64,000 nt of DNA from Ramazzottius varieornatus. Lineage: Eukaryota > Animalia > Tardigrada. This document shows, piece after piece, positions 12,043 to 28,479 of the stretch (position 1 is the first letter of the stretch; every line of letters starts with the position of its first letter). The position numbers were made by a program, and so were the translations under genes. Under the pieces are notes generated by a model, which had not been told where the DNA came from, searched no databases, and saw only the letters and a list, made by a program, of their open reading frames with translations. The stretch is from positions 651,378 through 715,377 of the forward strand of contig BDGG01000014.1 in assembly GCA_001949185.1 (NCBI GenBank), in the 5' to 3' direction.

Positions 12043-13188
12043 TCAAGAGAGAGATTTGGAGACTACGGTCTTCTCGAAGCTTCCTTCAGCTGCTGTTTTC
12101 TTTACAACCGTAGCGACATAGTGTGGCGTGGCGAACTGTCGGGCTGGATGGGCGCGAAGAGCGGACAGGTATGCGTATGGTGCAGCACGTCTTACAGGGA
12201 AAGGCAGACCGGCCACATGTCGGGGTTGCGGGTAACTGACTGTTGGGACCGGAGGCAAGACTTGGGGTGAAACCGGTGGAGCGATGGCTGGAAGTTTCGG
12301 CATGAAGGGAGACGGCTTCGGAGAAGAAACTTCAGGCAAGTAAGGCCAAGCAGAGCCTGCCGACTTGGAGACGGCTGCAGCTGAGACCATCGAAAAACCT
12401 GACAGAACCACAGTGGGTTAAAGTTAAACTTCTTGCATGGTCGCCGAACTAGGTAAAGGATAACACTACTGTGTTTTGTACACTGAAAAGGAATCATGCT
12501 CTTGTTTCCGCCAACAGGGTTTGGATTGTTTTGGGAATAGACAGGCAGTGCTGCATATTTCGCCTGTGGCTGTATTTGCGTCTTGCAGAAATTAACCTCC
12601 TCATAATACGAGCCATACACCTGTCAGGAAAAGCATGCGCTACAGCAGTTGCTGTTATCACTGAAATTCATGGCTGATGTGAAAGAATAACATCGTACGC
12701 TTATGTAAGTTCGACAGGAGACTTTTGAACTTACTGTCTAGGATCCTCGCTCCATTCGACGCCGACGTTTGTCAGCTTTCCCCGACGTACTTGCCATTGA
12801 AGTCCTGAAACATGGCTTGGATGTCAGGAGTCGGGTCGATCGTCTCCCAGTCCGGATCACTTGGGGAAATGTCCAGCCGAGAGATCCGAGGGTTAACTAC
12901 GGGATCACGACTGGTACTTGGTCGATCGAAACTCAACATCGTCTTCGCGGCAAACTGAGATCGAGCATCTTCTTTCGCTGTCTGCTCCAGAAGATCATGA
13001 ACGTCTTGTTCCTCTTCCCAAGTCAACCCACCACCAAAGTACCCCGAGATCTTTGCGACGACTTTCCCTTCATCAGCAGCATGCTTCACTGCCACGGAAG
13101 ACGACCGACGGACGATCTTGATGATCTGACAGTCATCATCGTCGTCGTTCAATTTGCGCTTTACAGCAACGTTCTCGGCGAGAGTCAT
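12043..13188 (-). pseudogene. Degenerate SPRTN-like paralog lacking the HExxH exons
   Basis: FGGGLTWEEEQ and DPDWETIDPTPDIQAMFQDFN match the gene at 16-18 kb. A 1-nt deletion lies near 12782. The exon at 12620 (VYGSYYEEVNFCKTQ) matches VYHSFHDEVAFYKTH. No HEMIH exon lies in between. Confidence 0.75.
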
Positions 13189-13843
13189 CTGATAGTGGCC
13201 TGAAAAACAGATCAGGGATGTGGTGACTCGTTTAGCTCACGTTTTTCAAAGCAAAAAATGATGACATCGAGTTACCCGGGATCAGGCTAGAAGGCAACCA
13301 TTAGACACGCGCAGACAGCAAGTCAGGAGCTGCAGTTGCTGACGCTATAACCACCTGTAGCTCCGCCAACCATAATCCTTCGGTTAGACTAGTCCTCTTC
13401 AAATTAAGGGAAGCAACAGGAAGAGGCAACGGAATTCTGGATTGGAACTTCTAAAAACAAAAAGTGATCAAATAAAGTAATAAGCCGCCATTGTAGTGCA
13501 CTGCAAATGCGCGTGCGATGGCGTAGCAGCCAAGAATGCGCACCGTGCATCGCGCTCCTACATCGTCTGAATCATGCAATCTGTGTTACATCACCACACC
13601 CAGGTCCAGATCGTACCGGTTGACGTACAGTCTGCCTACGGATTACGCTTTGACAAGAAGCTCCAGTGTCTTTCCAGACGTCATTCAACGTTGATTTATT
13701 TGACCAACGGCGCGACAGAGTATTTATCAAAATTAAGACAATTCGAGAAAACCAAGCCCGACCACTCACTGAAATTTCTCCGGACAAAACTGTCGTTTAC
13801 CAGAAAATGAGAACTACTGGCGCGACAAACAGAAAACTTCTGA

Positions 13844-15241
13844 TCATTCCATGACACCACAAACGATGGCCTGATCGGCTGAAATAGCATCAGATTTCAA
13901 AACTTGTCCCTTCTTCAAAAAGCAAGTTCCTCCGTCCTTCTTAGACCAGGCGAAATGCGTACACCCCGAAGTCTTGGCGCACTGGCCTCCGCAGTCTTCC
14001 CCTCGGATTCGCACTTCAAGAAAGTCCTTTCCCCGGAAATCACATCCAAACGCCCAGTTTCCGTTCCAGCTGATGGACGATCCTGACGGTGCGGGAGCAG
14101 GTGCGGGAGCAGGCGCGGGAGCGGAACCACCTGAGCTCACACAGATAAAAATTGATTTTGTGTGCTTTCAACTACGGTGAGGACTTGTATGACAAAAATA
14201 ATGGCCAAAAATGGGCGACAGCGAGATATATGGAGCCAAACCGTTCTGGCAAAAAGCCAGTGGCGCAAAGAACTGGGCAAATAACAATAACAATAACAGA
14301 TACGCCACTTGAGGGAACGATCCGGGTGCAACAATTTCCCGGCATGCCGAATGCAGACCGAAAGAATCGAAAGTTGCAGGAGTAAAAGATCGCTTACCGC
14401 ACAAGCCATTGTCACAAGCATTCGGGCAACTTCCGCATCTGGATCCCTGCGTATAAGGCCTGAAGATGTTCGGCGAAACATTACCTCTGTGAAAGAAGAG
14501 GGGAATGGATACAAGTGTACTCAAAATACCGCAGGTAAAATGGCAGGGTGATGAGGAGTTACGTACGCTGGACCGTAATTGCAGACCATAAAGTTGAACT
14601 GTTTCGAAGTCCCAGCTTTGCACAGTCTATAACCACAGCCGATCTTGGTAGTCTTCGCCCAGACCATCTGGGTGTAGTGTCCGACCTTTCCGAAATCCGT
14701 AGACACACCATACCGGAAATGCTGGACCTCATCAGACCACATCTTCATCGTTTGCGCCCAGTCGAAGTTGGATCCGGTTCCCATTGCGATGTTCTGACCC
14801 AGCCCGAATTCTGAAAACACCAAACAAAGAGGTAAAGTGAGCTGACTTGGAGAAAGCATGGCAAGCAAGGCTATACGAATCTTGCCTGAGGTTTTCATGA
14901 AGTCTCGTTCGGAGCTTCCGGGATGGCGGAACTCGCATCTGTCAGCCCACTGTTGTGCCTTGCGCTGGATAGCCGCATCCCAGGAGAGCCGTTCCATGTC
15001 GGTGGCGGAAGGAATGCGACGAATGCGGTTGTGTTCGTCGACAATTTGCTTCTGTACTCTTGGAAGGTTAGTATCGAGGTCCGCCGCAGAGGACGCTAAG
15101 CATTAAAAAAATCGTCTTCGGACTACTGAAACATTAATGGTACCATGGGAAGCAGCACCCGGGGAAGAAGATGCAAGGTGACTTACTGCATATCCATCCA
15201 GCCAAAACGCAGATAAAAGCGAGGTAAGTTCCGCAACCCAT
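13844..15241 (-). CDS. Secreted CAP (SCP/PR-1/Ag5) protein with (PA)n linker and C-terminal PAN/apple domain
   Basis: Signal MGCGTYLAFICVLAGWIC; HNRIR; GQNIA; GHYTQMVWAKTTKIGCG; VCNYGP; Cys hinge CGSCPNACDNGLC; APAPAPAPAP; CDFRGKD...CGGQCAKTSGCTHFAW...GTCFLK. Confidence 0.9.
14259..14322. repeat. AAGTGGCGCA-N27-TGCGCCACTT palindrome family, copy A (33-nt spacer with AATAAC repeats)
   Basis: agtggcgca...tacgccacttgagggaacgatc, in an intron of the CAP gene. Confidence 0.65.
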
Positions 15242-15669
15242 GTTGAAGCCAAGACGAAACACAGGACAGCGCCAGAATACCGATATGGCTGATGAACTGT
15301 TTCTGGAAGAGCCAAGAAATTCGACAGCCGGGTCTGAGATCTCCCTTAAATCATATGTGAACAAGTCGCGCATGAGACTAGAACGATCACTTGCTCCGGA
15401 TGCGTATGCAAAAAATGTGGCTCGTCGGTTCGCCCCTGCACACAAAGGATAAAGCGGATCCGGACGTCCGGGAGACGCCCCTTGTACTCCTTCTCGTATC
15501 TAACAGACACTTTACGACCTGTAAGAAAGAGCCTCTACGTACGCAGCCTTCATCGCCGGGTGTGCTTCGGTATCACGTCTGTGACTGTGAGCTACGCTGT
15601 CGGAAGACCCGGTAAATATGGCAGAGTTCGAATTCAAAGAGTTTGGGAGATCGGCTAACGGAGCCGAAG

Positions 15670-15742
15670 AGATCGTTATCTGAAGTAGCGCATGTTACAT
15701 TGGTTTTTTGCTGGAGCAGTGCGCCACTTCAGGTAACGATCT
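15670..15742. repeat. Palindrome family, copy B
   Basis: agatcgttatctgaagtagcgca - 27 nt - tgcgccacttcaggtaacgatct; 21 of 23 arm positions are complementary. Confidence 0.85.
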
Positions 15743-16021
15743 TGTGCGTTTCGTTTTTCAGCCTCTCGGTTACCTTCTGTCCGATTCTTTTGCGTCCGAT
15801 CAAGTGTTCAAATATCCGACAAAAGCCGATCATCGATGCTCGAAAGTCTATCCAAAAACCAGATCTCAGAAGCCTGCAAAAAATGGGTCGAAATAGGGTC
15901 TCGAGACGACAGAGGGAAAGACAGTATGAGCACTTTAGAAACCTGTAAAGAACGAGGCGACACAGGAAGCCCCAAAATTGAGAATACACCAGAGATACAG
16001 CTGAGAGCTAGCGAAGGAAAC

Positions 16022-18276
16022 CTAATCAAGCACTATGATATCAGAATCGTTATCAGGTTTCCTCTCGACAACCTTCTTACTAGGGAAAAACTTGTCTAGC
16101 TGTGTCTGTCCCGACGGCAGCCCTTCAGCTTTCTTTCCAAAACCCTCTCCGGATTTCGGTTTCTTCGGAGCAGGAGTTGGATTTGCACTTACGTTGGACA
16201 GGCCGAAGAGGACCGGACGACTTCCGGTCGGCGACTTGTTCCGCCAGAAGGCGGAAGTATCCAACACCGCTTGCTGCCGTTGCGAGGTCTTTCCCGACGG
16301 AGCTTCCACCTTTAGTTCAGTATACTTTGTAGGTTCTTCCAACTTTTCAGCAGAAGTGAAACCTGGAAACTTGAGAAGAGTTGGCTGTGAAGGGGAAAGA
16401 GAAGCCGGTGAAGAATCTGGAAGAACCAGTAAACTGTGTAAGCCAATCAATCAGTTACCCAATCAACTCGACTGGAATGCTTCGAGTCAATCAATTCTTC
16501 GTTCGAACAACTCGGTAGAAAAAGCTGGAAAAGATTGTTACCTGGCTGAGCGGCTTTCCTCTTGCGGCTGACGAAGCCTTCTGGTTGCGAGATCTTGACG
16601 AACTTGCCTCCGCACTTGGCTTGGTGTTCTGCCCACCAGAGATCGTTCTTTGAGGGTTCGCGGTTGCGCGCTCGCTTGACGAAGCCAAAGTAGGGCTTCT
16701 GTGTCCGACAGACGCCGTCGCAGCGCCACACGTGCGTCTTGTAGAAGGCCACTTCGTCGTGAAAGGAATGATACACCTAGAGAAATATAATGCCCACTTT
16801 GACGACGATAAACAATCGTGATTATGTTACACATTGAAATCTGCCAAATCTGGAAAAGGACGAGCTCCTTACGGTGATTTTTGTCCCAGCAGCTTTGTTG
16901 ATGCGGAACATGTGTTCGTGGAAAAAGGGCCCGTGAGACTCCCTGTCCTGGAACCACGACAGAGCCATCTTCTACTATTCCAGCGAATCATCCTCGGTAT
17001 ACAGAAGGGCCGGAGGTACGTACGGAGGGAATTTATAGCATCAATTCATTTTCTCTTACCCGGTCGTTGCTGGCCACAAACAAGTAAGCGTGGATCATTT
17101 CATGCTGCAAAACAGGACAAAGATATCGCAATTGATTTCTGGTTAAAATCTCCTTACACGAATCATATTATCTAAAAGTCTGCGAGCTGCGCAGAGGAAC
17201 GATTGGATCAATCTTGCAGGAAGGTACAGTACTCGACTCGTACCAGTAGGGTCTCCACCATGTCCTTCCGTGGACGGAGTTTGAGCAGAGGAAGGCTAAG
17301 ACCTATCGAGCAGTAGCCAGCCCGAGATTGATATCGGCATATCCCGGCACACCTGAAAAACAACCAAAACTGAAACACGAAAGAGAAGCACGGCAACCAA
17401 CTCTCCCAGATCGTTCTCTGAAGTGGTGCACCTTTACAGCTTTTATGGCCGCACGCGTGCGCCACTACGAAAAACAATCTTGTCGAGTATCCAAGCGGCG
17501 CATGTCGACAGTGTGCTGGGCTGGAAGAGTGCGCCATTTTCGGAAACGACTCTGTCGAGTCTGTTTTCCGAGCCCCTAGATAACCTAGAAGCTTTCCCGA
17601 ACTTCTGAAAGACCATGTTAGAATATTGCAGTTACACTTACGAAGTCATCTGTTTGCTCCATTTAACCTCCACGCTTGTCAGTTTCCCCCAGAAGAACTC
17701 TCGGTTGAACTGCTGGAACAGCGCGTAAATATCGGGATTCGGATCAATCGTCTCCCATTCCGGATCAATCAATGACATTCCCGGCCTCCTTTTCTCATCC
17801 GAGGAAGCTCTACTTGTGCTAGGCTGCTCCGGGGAAGACCCGGGATCGGAAGGAATGAGCGGAAGATTACTGAGCGAGGCAGCGAAGTCAGCATCGTCAT
17901 GTTCGTTCTCAGCCAGAATCCTCCGAATGGCTTGCTCATCTTCCCACGTCAGCTCACCCCCAAACATACCTGTGGGAGTCCTGTCGTCATCTGGGATTCT
18001 TTCCGATGAAGGGGAAGGGTGATGGTCAAGGTGGATGAAGGGAGAGTCGTCGTCGTGCTTGTTTTCAGCCAAGACGCGTCGAATGGCTTGTTCGTCTTCC
18101 CAGTTGAGATCGTCACCGAATTCACCTGAAGGACGAGGTCCATTTGCCTCTTTCTTCTTGTCAGACTTGCCTCCGAGGACGCGTCCAGTGCCTGGAAAGA
18201 CCGAGGAGAACTGCTTTTTGTTTTTGTTGCTGTCGTTTTCCACCGCGACGATTTCCGAACGCTCCATTCTGGCCAA
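16022..18276 (-). CDS. SPRTN: SprT-like DNA-protein crosslink metalloprotease Spartan
   Basis: Spliced exons give DPEWETIDPNPDIYALFQQFNREFFWGKL..VKWS, CAGICRY..LSLPLLKLRPRKDMVETLL, HEMIHAYLF, HGPFFHEHMFRIN and the zinc-binding WRCDGVC..HQAKCGG. PIP box QTQLDKFF. Extra 5' exons up to ~18560 are possible. Confidence 0.95.
17408..17553. repeat. Palindrome family, tandem copies C and D
   Basis: Two units in a SPRTN intron, each with a 27-nt spacer (17431-17457 and 17503-17529). Confidence 0.8.
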
Positions 18277-19117
18277 ACAATCTGGAAAGAGAGAAGATCA
18301 AACGGTGGACTGGCAAGAGCACATGCTCATGGGCTTCTTCTTACCTGTTGCGTACTTCAGTTGGTCATGGGTAAAATGGACGAAGGAGATCTCCTGCGAT
18401 GATCTTCCCGTGACTTCCACAGAAGAAAATCTCTTGGAGAAATAGAAATTCTGGATTTCCTTTTCAGCCAACTCAATCAAATGTAAACAACGGCTCGTCA
18501 ATCAATCAAGGGTCTCACGCTGTCGGGCTCCGATGGGCGGAGTGAGGTCGTCGTCGTCATAAATTGCTATCCCGGTCTGTGCCAGTCCCTTCTCCGTCGA
18601 CCGTGGTCAGTACATACATTCGAATGAAGTGGGGGACCGGGTCCCGGCAGCAGCTGGTCAGGTGGCCATTCTGTTCGAATGGCCGACGGTAGCCGCACCT
18701 TCGAAATGGGCATTCTGAATAAATGGAGGCGAGTGCCGGGAAGATTCGGCCAAGATAAAATCAGCGTTCCAATGAACCTGCTTTTGTTCGACAATCAGGA
18801 TGTACAGTAATCAGTGCTTCATTCAAAGAGTGTTGGGTCATTGGATGTTACGCGTTCTCGCGCTGTTTCTTATCACGGCCAAGGCTGACAGTGTCTTCGC
18901 GGAATGAAGGCCGATTTCATTCAGACGTTTATCACCCTTGATAAGCGACTTCCGTAATCTTCCACTGGACTATTTGACAGAGGAAATTTGAACCCATTAA
19001 GATATCCTGCATGCTGTTTAGCCCTCGACTCCTGCATGAAATTCCGCAGCTTTCCTGTTTAGAGTTTGGACACATCCGTTTCCTTTTTTTGTTTCCTTTC
19101 GAAATCTTGCTTGCTTG

Positions 19118-23100
<3,983 letters not shown>

Positions 23101-23981
23101 TTTCACAACCCTTTTCCTTTTTCTTTACTTTTTCTTTTGATCTATCGTCTTGGATGCGCGTACCCCGTAAAACGTTTTGGATGGATGGAACGATTTTCGT
23201 CTCTGTGTTCGACGGAGGCTTTTGCGAATCTTTACGACTCTTTTTAGGGGCAGTTCTGTTCTGGGTAGTTTTCGAGCCATGTTTTGCTTGAGTGCTGGAT
23301 GGGTTCTTTTTGGTTCGTTGTTTGACCTGGGCTCATATTGACGGTAATTGGCATCAGTTGTGGCAGCTCGGTGTAAAAAGTCACCGTCGTGACTTATTCT
23401 GATGGTCTCTTTCACTTCAGGAATATCGCCGCGTCAGCCGAATTTCTAGCAATGAACTCGATATGTTTTACTACTTTACTCTAAACATGACCGACCACAC
23501 GACACCGAACAACTGGGGTAAGTGAGAGGCATACGCGCGAGGCCGAGGGACCATACTCACCTGACTATGTCGAGTCGTACCCCTCTTTATTACACAACCG
23601 CTGGCCAACCAGCGCCGAGGTAGAACGGCTCTGGTCCACATGGTCCAACCCGTTCAGGATTCGGGGTATAACTACAGTAATACCGTTAGCTTGACCACAC
23701 TGTTTCTACTGCTGACGTGCTACTGTCTGCCTATTGTTATCAACCGCCGAAACATGACTGCGCACTATTCAAACCGAGGATCATTCAAACAGACCACAAG
23801 CCTGCAACAATAACAAATTTAATAATAACAATTGATGGATAATAAACATACCGACAAGGCAACCGATAGAAAAATTCCGACAGGGGGGGGGATTCACCAC
23901 AAGTACACCTGAGAATCTCACTCGAGAATAAACTAAGTGAAAACAACCAACAAGATCCGACTTGAGCGTAAGTTGAACAAC

Positions 23982-24020
23982 AAGAATTGAAACGCTTGAA
24001 GAAGAATTGAAACGCTTGAA
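23982..24020. repeat. Tandem duplication with 20-bp period
   Basis: AAGAATTGAAACGCTTGAA(G) x2. Confidence 0.9.
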
Positions 24021-25249
24021 AAAAACATTCGAATGACACTGCAAATGTCTCGTCGGACGGTTCGACCCGGTGGCAGAATCTCGCAAGCTTGCTGCTGGTA
24101 CACAAGATGGTAGTCGTAAAGAGTTCGATTGTTGCGCACAGCGGGAATTTTCATCGCTGTCGGCGCTCCAGCCGACAGCGATGAACGTTCCCGCTGCACG
24201 AAACAAGCGAACTCTTTAGATGGCGTAGGACTGTGGGTCCAATGTGGGAGCCTGTAGTCAGACCATACCATGTCATTCAATGTGAGATACATGACGCCAT
24301 GTAGAACAGGTGGCAGCACTGTATACTGGGTCCACCGTTGTTGTCAACGGGGGAGATTAGGCTGTGGATCTCAAAAAGGTTCCAATGTCGGATTCGTGAC
24401 GTAGTGAAATGGGCGTGGTCAATTAGGCATGGGACTAACAGGGTTTCAGTGGGGGATCTGGTGAGGCTGGGAGTACTTCGAAAATCAATATGGGAACTCT
24501 GACGTCATCAAATTGGGTCACCGAAAGCAATGTGGGATTCACAGCGCAACAATAAGAATTGAAATTCGAAAAACTGGTTGATTTGCTGAGTTCTGATGCG
24601 TGTGCGTTGGTTTCTCGATGTGCGACCCCGCCTTGTAAAGTGCGCCACACCATAATGATACCTTTACAGCAGCACAGTAGGGCAACTCCAAAATAAATGC
24701 CTTAAAACACCGTGCACCTACATACAGTCTGACACTTCAACCGGCCATGTTACAGTGTGCAGGTGCAGGGTGCAAGCTGTACTACAGTACTTTTGCTGAT
24801 CTGATGGTTGTGATTCTGAATCTTCAGATCTTCCGTCGAGCTCTCCGATATTAAAATATGATTTAATAACAAACCCCGAAAGTTCTACTATAGTAATATT
24901 TTATTAAATCAGGCAGACGTTGTACTATATGAAGTGGTCACTTATTAGAACTTTAATGGACGGCGGATATTTATCTTTATTACATTAGATCTCATTGACC
25001 CATATTAGAACATCACTAGGAAGGAGAGAAGGGTGGGTGAACAGAAAGAAAGCAGTCAAACTAACACGAAAGTGTCGGTTGGCTCTCCGTTCCTTGATCA
25101 AGGTTTAAGCTATCGATACCTTGCCAGTCTTCTTCCAAAGTCTGGTTGTCAAGATCTATACTGCGCACTTCGCAAACCATGGTCTACTCGCATCAATTCC
25201 GTTGACGGCTACTTGCACTCACTGACCAGGCCTAGCAGCTAATCCACAG

Positions 25250-25590
25250 TGCTTTGGACCTGTCTACTATCTTTACGACGACAGTGGTCCCGATGGCTTT
25301 GAGATTGCTTTCGTCTGTGACACGCCCAACCACTCAACAGGAATCTGCGAGGCCACAGAGCTCCACGGCAACACCCGACAACGTCCGAAGGAAATGTCAA
25401 ACACTCGGAAGAAAGCCCTTGACTATATGATCGTCAGGACGCTAAAGCCGTACTGTCCATCAGCGATGTACAGCGAACCTCTCACGGCGATGACCTTTCT
25501 GCGTGCGACGCGACACCCACTCGACAGTCTGATAGTTTACAGTAGTTAACGGCTTTCAGCTCATTTCTCCATCTCGTGCTGCTTGATTGA
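25250..25590 (+). pseudogene. Last-exon remnant of the lipocalin-like family
   Basis: YYLYDDSGPDGFEIAFVCDTPNHSTGICEATEL...RTLKPYC matches the last exon at 27008-27343, then degenerates. Upstream exons are not recognisable. Confidence 0.85.
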
Positions 25591-26139
25591 CGGGCTTGTC
25601 TTGCGATCATATTCATCTTGCAAAGCTGTTGTGACGAGCTCGGATTAGACACGATACCTCCGAAAGAGGATCTGCGCGTGCCGTTTAAGTATGCTTGTAG
25701 GGTTACTAAGTTTAGCTGAGCTTTGTGGCTGAAGCTGCTTCTGAGAGACGAGAAAGGCCTGTCCTGCCTTCAGGGACTTGTAATGATCATCGACAGGTGA
25801 GTCAGGTGAGTACTCCTCAACTAGGCACTCTATCTTTAAAATCTGAGACTTCTATCGAATTCCAACCTCTTGCAACAAGAGAATGTGAAAAAACAGAAAA
25901 TACAAAGCCGGTTACACTCCTTCCGTCACGCACGAAGAGAAAGCTTGTTGGTCAGTGCAGTTACATGGACGATTGGGGCAACTGATGCCCCGGAGGAGTC
26001 GATAGCTTCCACCCGACTGCGATCAAGGTTATCGGAAAGGCAGTTGTGTCGAGATTTATGAAGCCCATTGTGAAACCCTACCTTCAAAATCCGAGTTTTA
26101 GCTTTGCGGAGGACGTTATAATTCTACAAAATCAGGACC

Positions 26140-27343
26140 ATGTTTCTGTTTCAAGGATTACTCTGTTGCTTTGTGGTTAGCTTGGCTTACGGTAAGCACC
26201 AATCTTTGTGATACATCCCCCCTTCCCTCTTTAGTTTTTGAACCGAATAAACCTATCATTTATGACCCTTCAATTTGCTTGCAGCCACCCAGGCCAGTCA
26301 ACCCGGACCTAGGGACAATTTGTCCGGCAGAGCTTACGGTGGGCCATCCGGCAATGCTACGTCCCCCAATTATGGATCCAAGCCTGCTACCGGTACCGGC
26401 ACGACACCATCCGGCAATGGCTGCTTCCCAAACGTCATCACCAACACTGTTCCGTCTGACAAGTTGAAGGCAAGAACAGTAAAGAGCAGCACAGACCACA
26501 AGTCTTGTTCTTCCAGGTTTTTCGTTCCGAAAAGATATTCTGATATCAATGCTTTTGTTCGTAACAGAAAGTGGGGAAGTGGTACGAGTATCGGAGCAAG
26601 TCCGAAGTGCAACCCTTCAATGCCATGTACACCGTCAGCCTAGTGGGCAACGGGTTGATCTACGTGCCGGGAACCACGACTCCGGGAGTCCATTCCACCC
26701 AGAAGTATCAGCGCACACTCGCCTCGGGCAACTCCTTCACCTGCAACTACCAAAACATCGACGTTGTGAGCGACCTTAACGGTGTGGATTTCTTCCTCAA
26801 TTTTGACAGCAATGCCGATAATGTTCCAGGTAAGTCATTGATGAAAAACGAGACAAAATTCAGAAACAAAGAAAAATAAACATTTGACAGTGGTGATAAT
26901 AACAATGAGCGGGAAATGGAAAATAGGAAAAAAGCTCAAAACAGACGTAACCACGTACAGTTTGGTCGATCGATAAGTTAAGGTCTGCAAACTGTTGTCT
27001 CTTGTTAGTGAACCAGGTGTCCTACTACCTGTACGACGACAATGGACCAAATGGGTTTGAAATCTCATATATCTGCGACAAAACCAACTCCCAGACCGGC
27101 ATCTGTGACGCGATCGAACTTTTCGTCAACACGAAGATGAATCCCAATCGAATGACAGCTGACCAAAAGAGAGCCATCGACGCTGTTATCGACACAACGC
27201 TGAAGCCCTACTGCCTGAGCCACAACGATCTGCTACCCGGTATCTTCCGTGCTGACGTCCCGCAGTGCAACGCCGCTCCCACCCAGCAGTTCAACAGCTT
27301 GGTTCAAGCATTCTCTAGTTCTCTCCCCGCGCGTTCGCAATAA
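26140..27343 (+). CDS. Secreted lipocalin/calycin-like protein, 4 exons
   Basis: Signal MFLFQGLLCCFVVSLAY; GKWYE (lipocalin SCR1-like); conserved Cys pattern. Exons ~26140-26191, 26285-26469, 26568-26829, 27009-27343. The fold call is an inference. Confidence 0.8.
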
Positions 27344-27939
27344 GACTGCTCAGCTTTCCCAAGCATGTTGCGGCTTGTTAAGAACAATATCTACTTTTCC
27401 TTCGGCTCACGTCACCGTCGAAGGTTTCTGAATAAGTCCTTTTTTCATCGACTTTTGTGAGCCGTCCGAAATAGATATACACGCACGACGAGAAGTTATG
27501 GGCCCGTAAAAATCGTGGACCAGGTCTTTTCGCTACGGCCGTACGGAAGCATGTCAGTACGTGACTGATTCACACTAATGCACTTTCCGACACTTCTCTA
27601 CGGCTGAATTTCTGTTTTGCTGTATTTTCCGCCTGGGTATCTACAAGATGCGTGGCTGTATGACGGTATTGTTAAGGGTTGCAACATCAATGATTCTGAT
27701 TTCTTAATGATGGGTAAACTACGGGCGATTCAAAGCGCCAGGCTTCTTTTACCCTTAGGAATTTTCCGATATCAATACCATCAGAATTTTCCATATCAAT
27801 GCAGGCACATAGACGACTGCAGCAACTCATGCCCCGGAGGAGTTAATCACTTTCACCCGATTGCGGTCAAGGTTATCGGAAAGGCATTTGTGTCGAGATA
27901 CATCAAGCCTAGTTCAAACAATAGCTTTGTCGATGACGT

Positions 27940-27974
27940 TCTCTCTCTCTTTCCTTCTCTCTCTCTCTCTCTCT
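27940..27974. repeat. (CT)n microsatellite
   Basis: Interrupted CT run. Confidence 0.9.
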
Positions 27975-28479
27975 AAGTCAAGCTTTCAATCTTATGACGA
28001 GTAACGAGGATCCGTGCGCCAAGCTGCATGTGCAGTAGACAGGTGGATCTCGATGCTTGCTTTGCTGTGACTTAGAATGGTGAATCAAAGCTTACTGAGA
28101 AGTTTGCACAGATCATCAACCTTGGTCTGCCACATGCCACTGTAATCTAAGATCAGCCAGGAGGAATACTAAGAAAAATAGTTCTCTTGTTTTCGAATAA
28201 TCATACAACAAAAGCGATACAGTACACGTTCTGGTTATAGAGACGATTGTGTAAAATACTGCAAATTCCTTCAAGTAGCTATATCAGAACGCGATTCATC
28301 AGATCTTTCGGAAGAAAATCTAGTACAAAATTGAACGAAAAATCTTGAGACGGTTTCCCGTGCTCTAAGTTAAAGCCCGATCACGTCGACAGCAAACTCC
28401 TCCATCCGGTACTTCTCTTTGAGGTCTCGAACACATGGCCTTTATGAATTCATGATTTGCAGTAATAATGAATCCCGCT

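Noticed and set aside
12512-12620. Alternative frame CMARI...IQTLL equal in length to the SPRTN CAGIC...VETLL exon
   Set aside because: Nucleotide similarity is much better to the VYHSFHDEV exon, so I treat the length match as coincidence.
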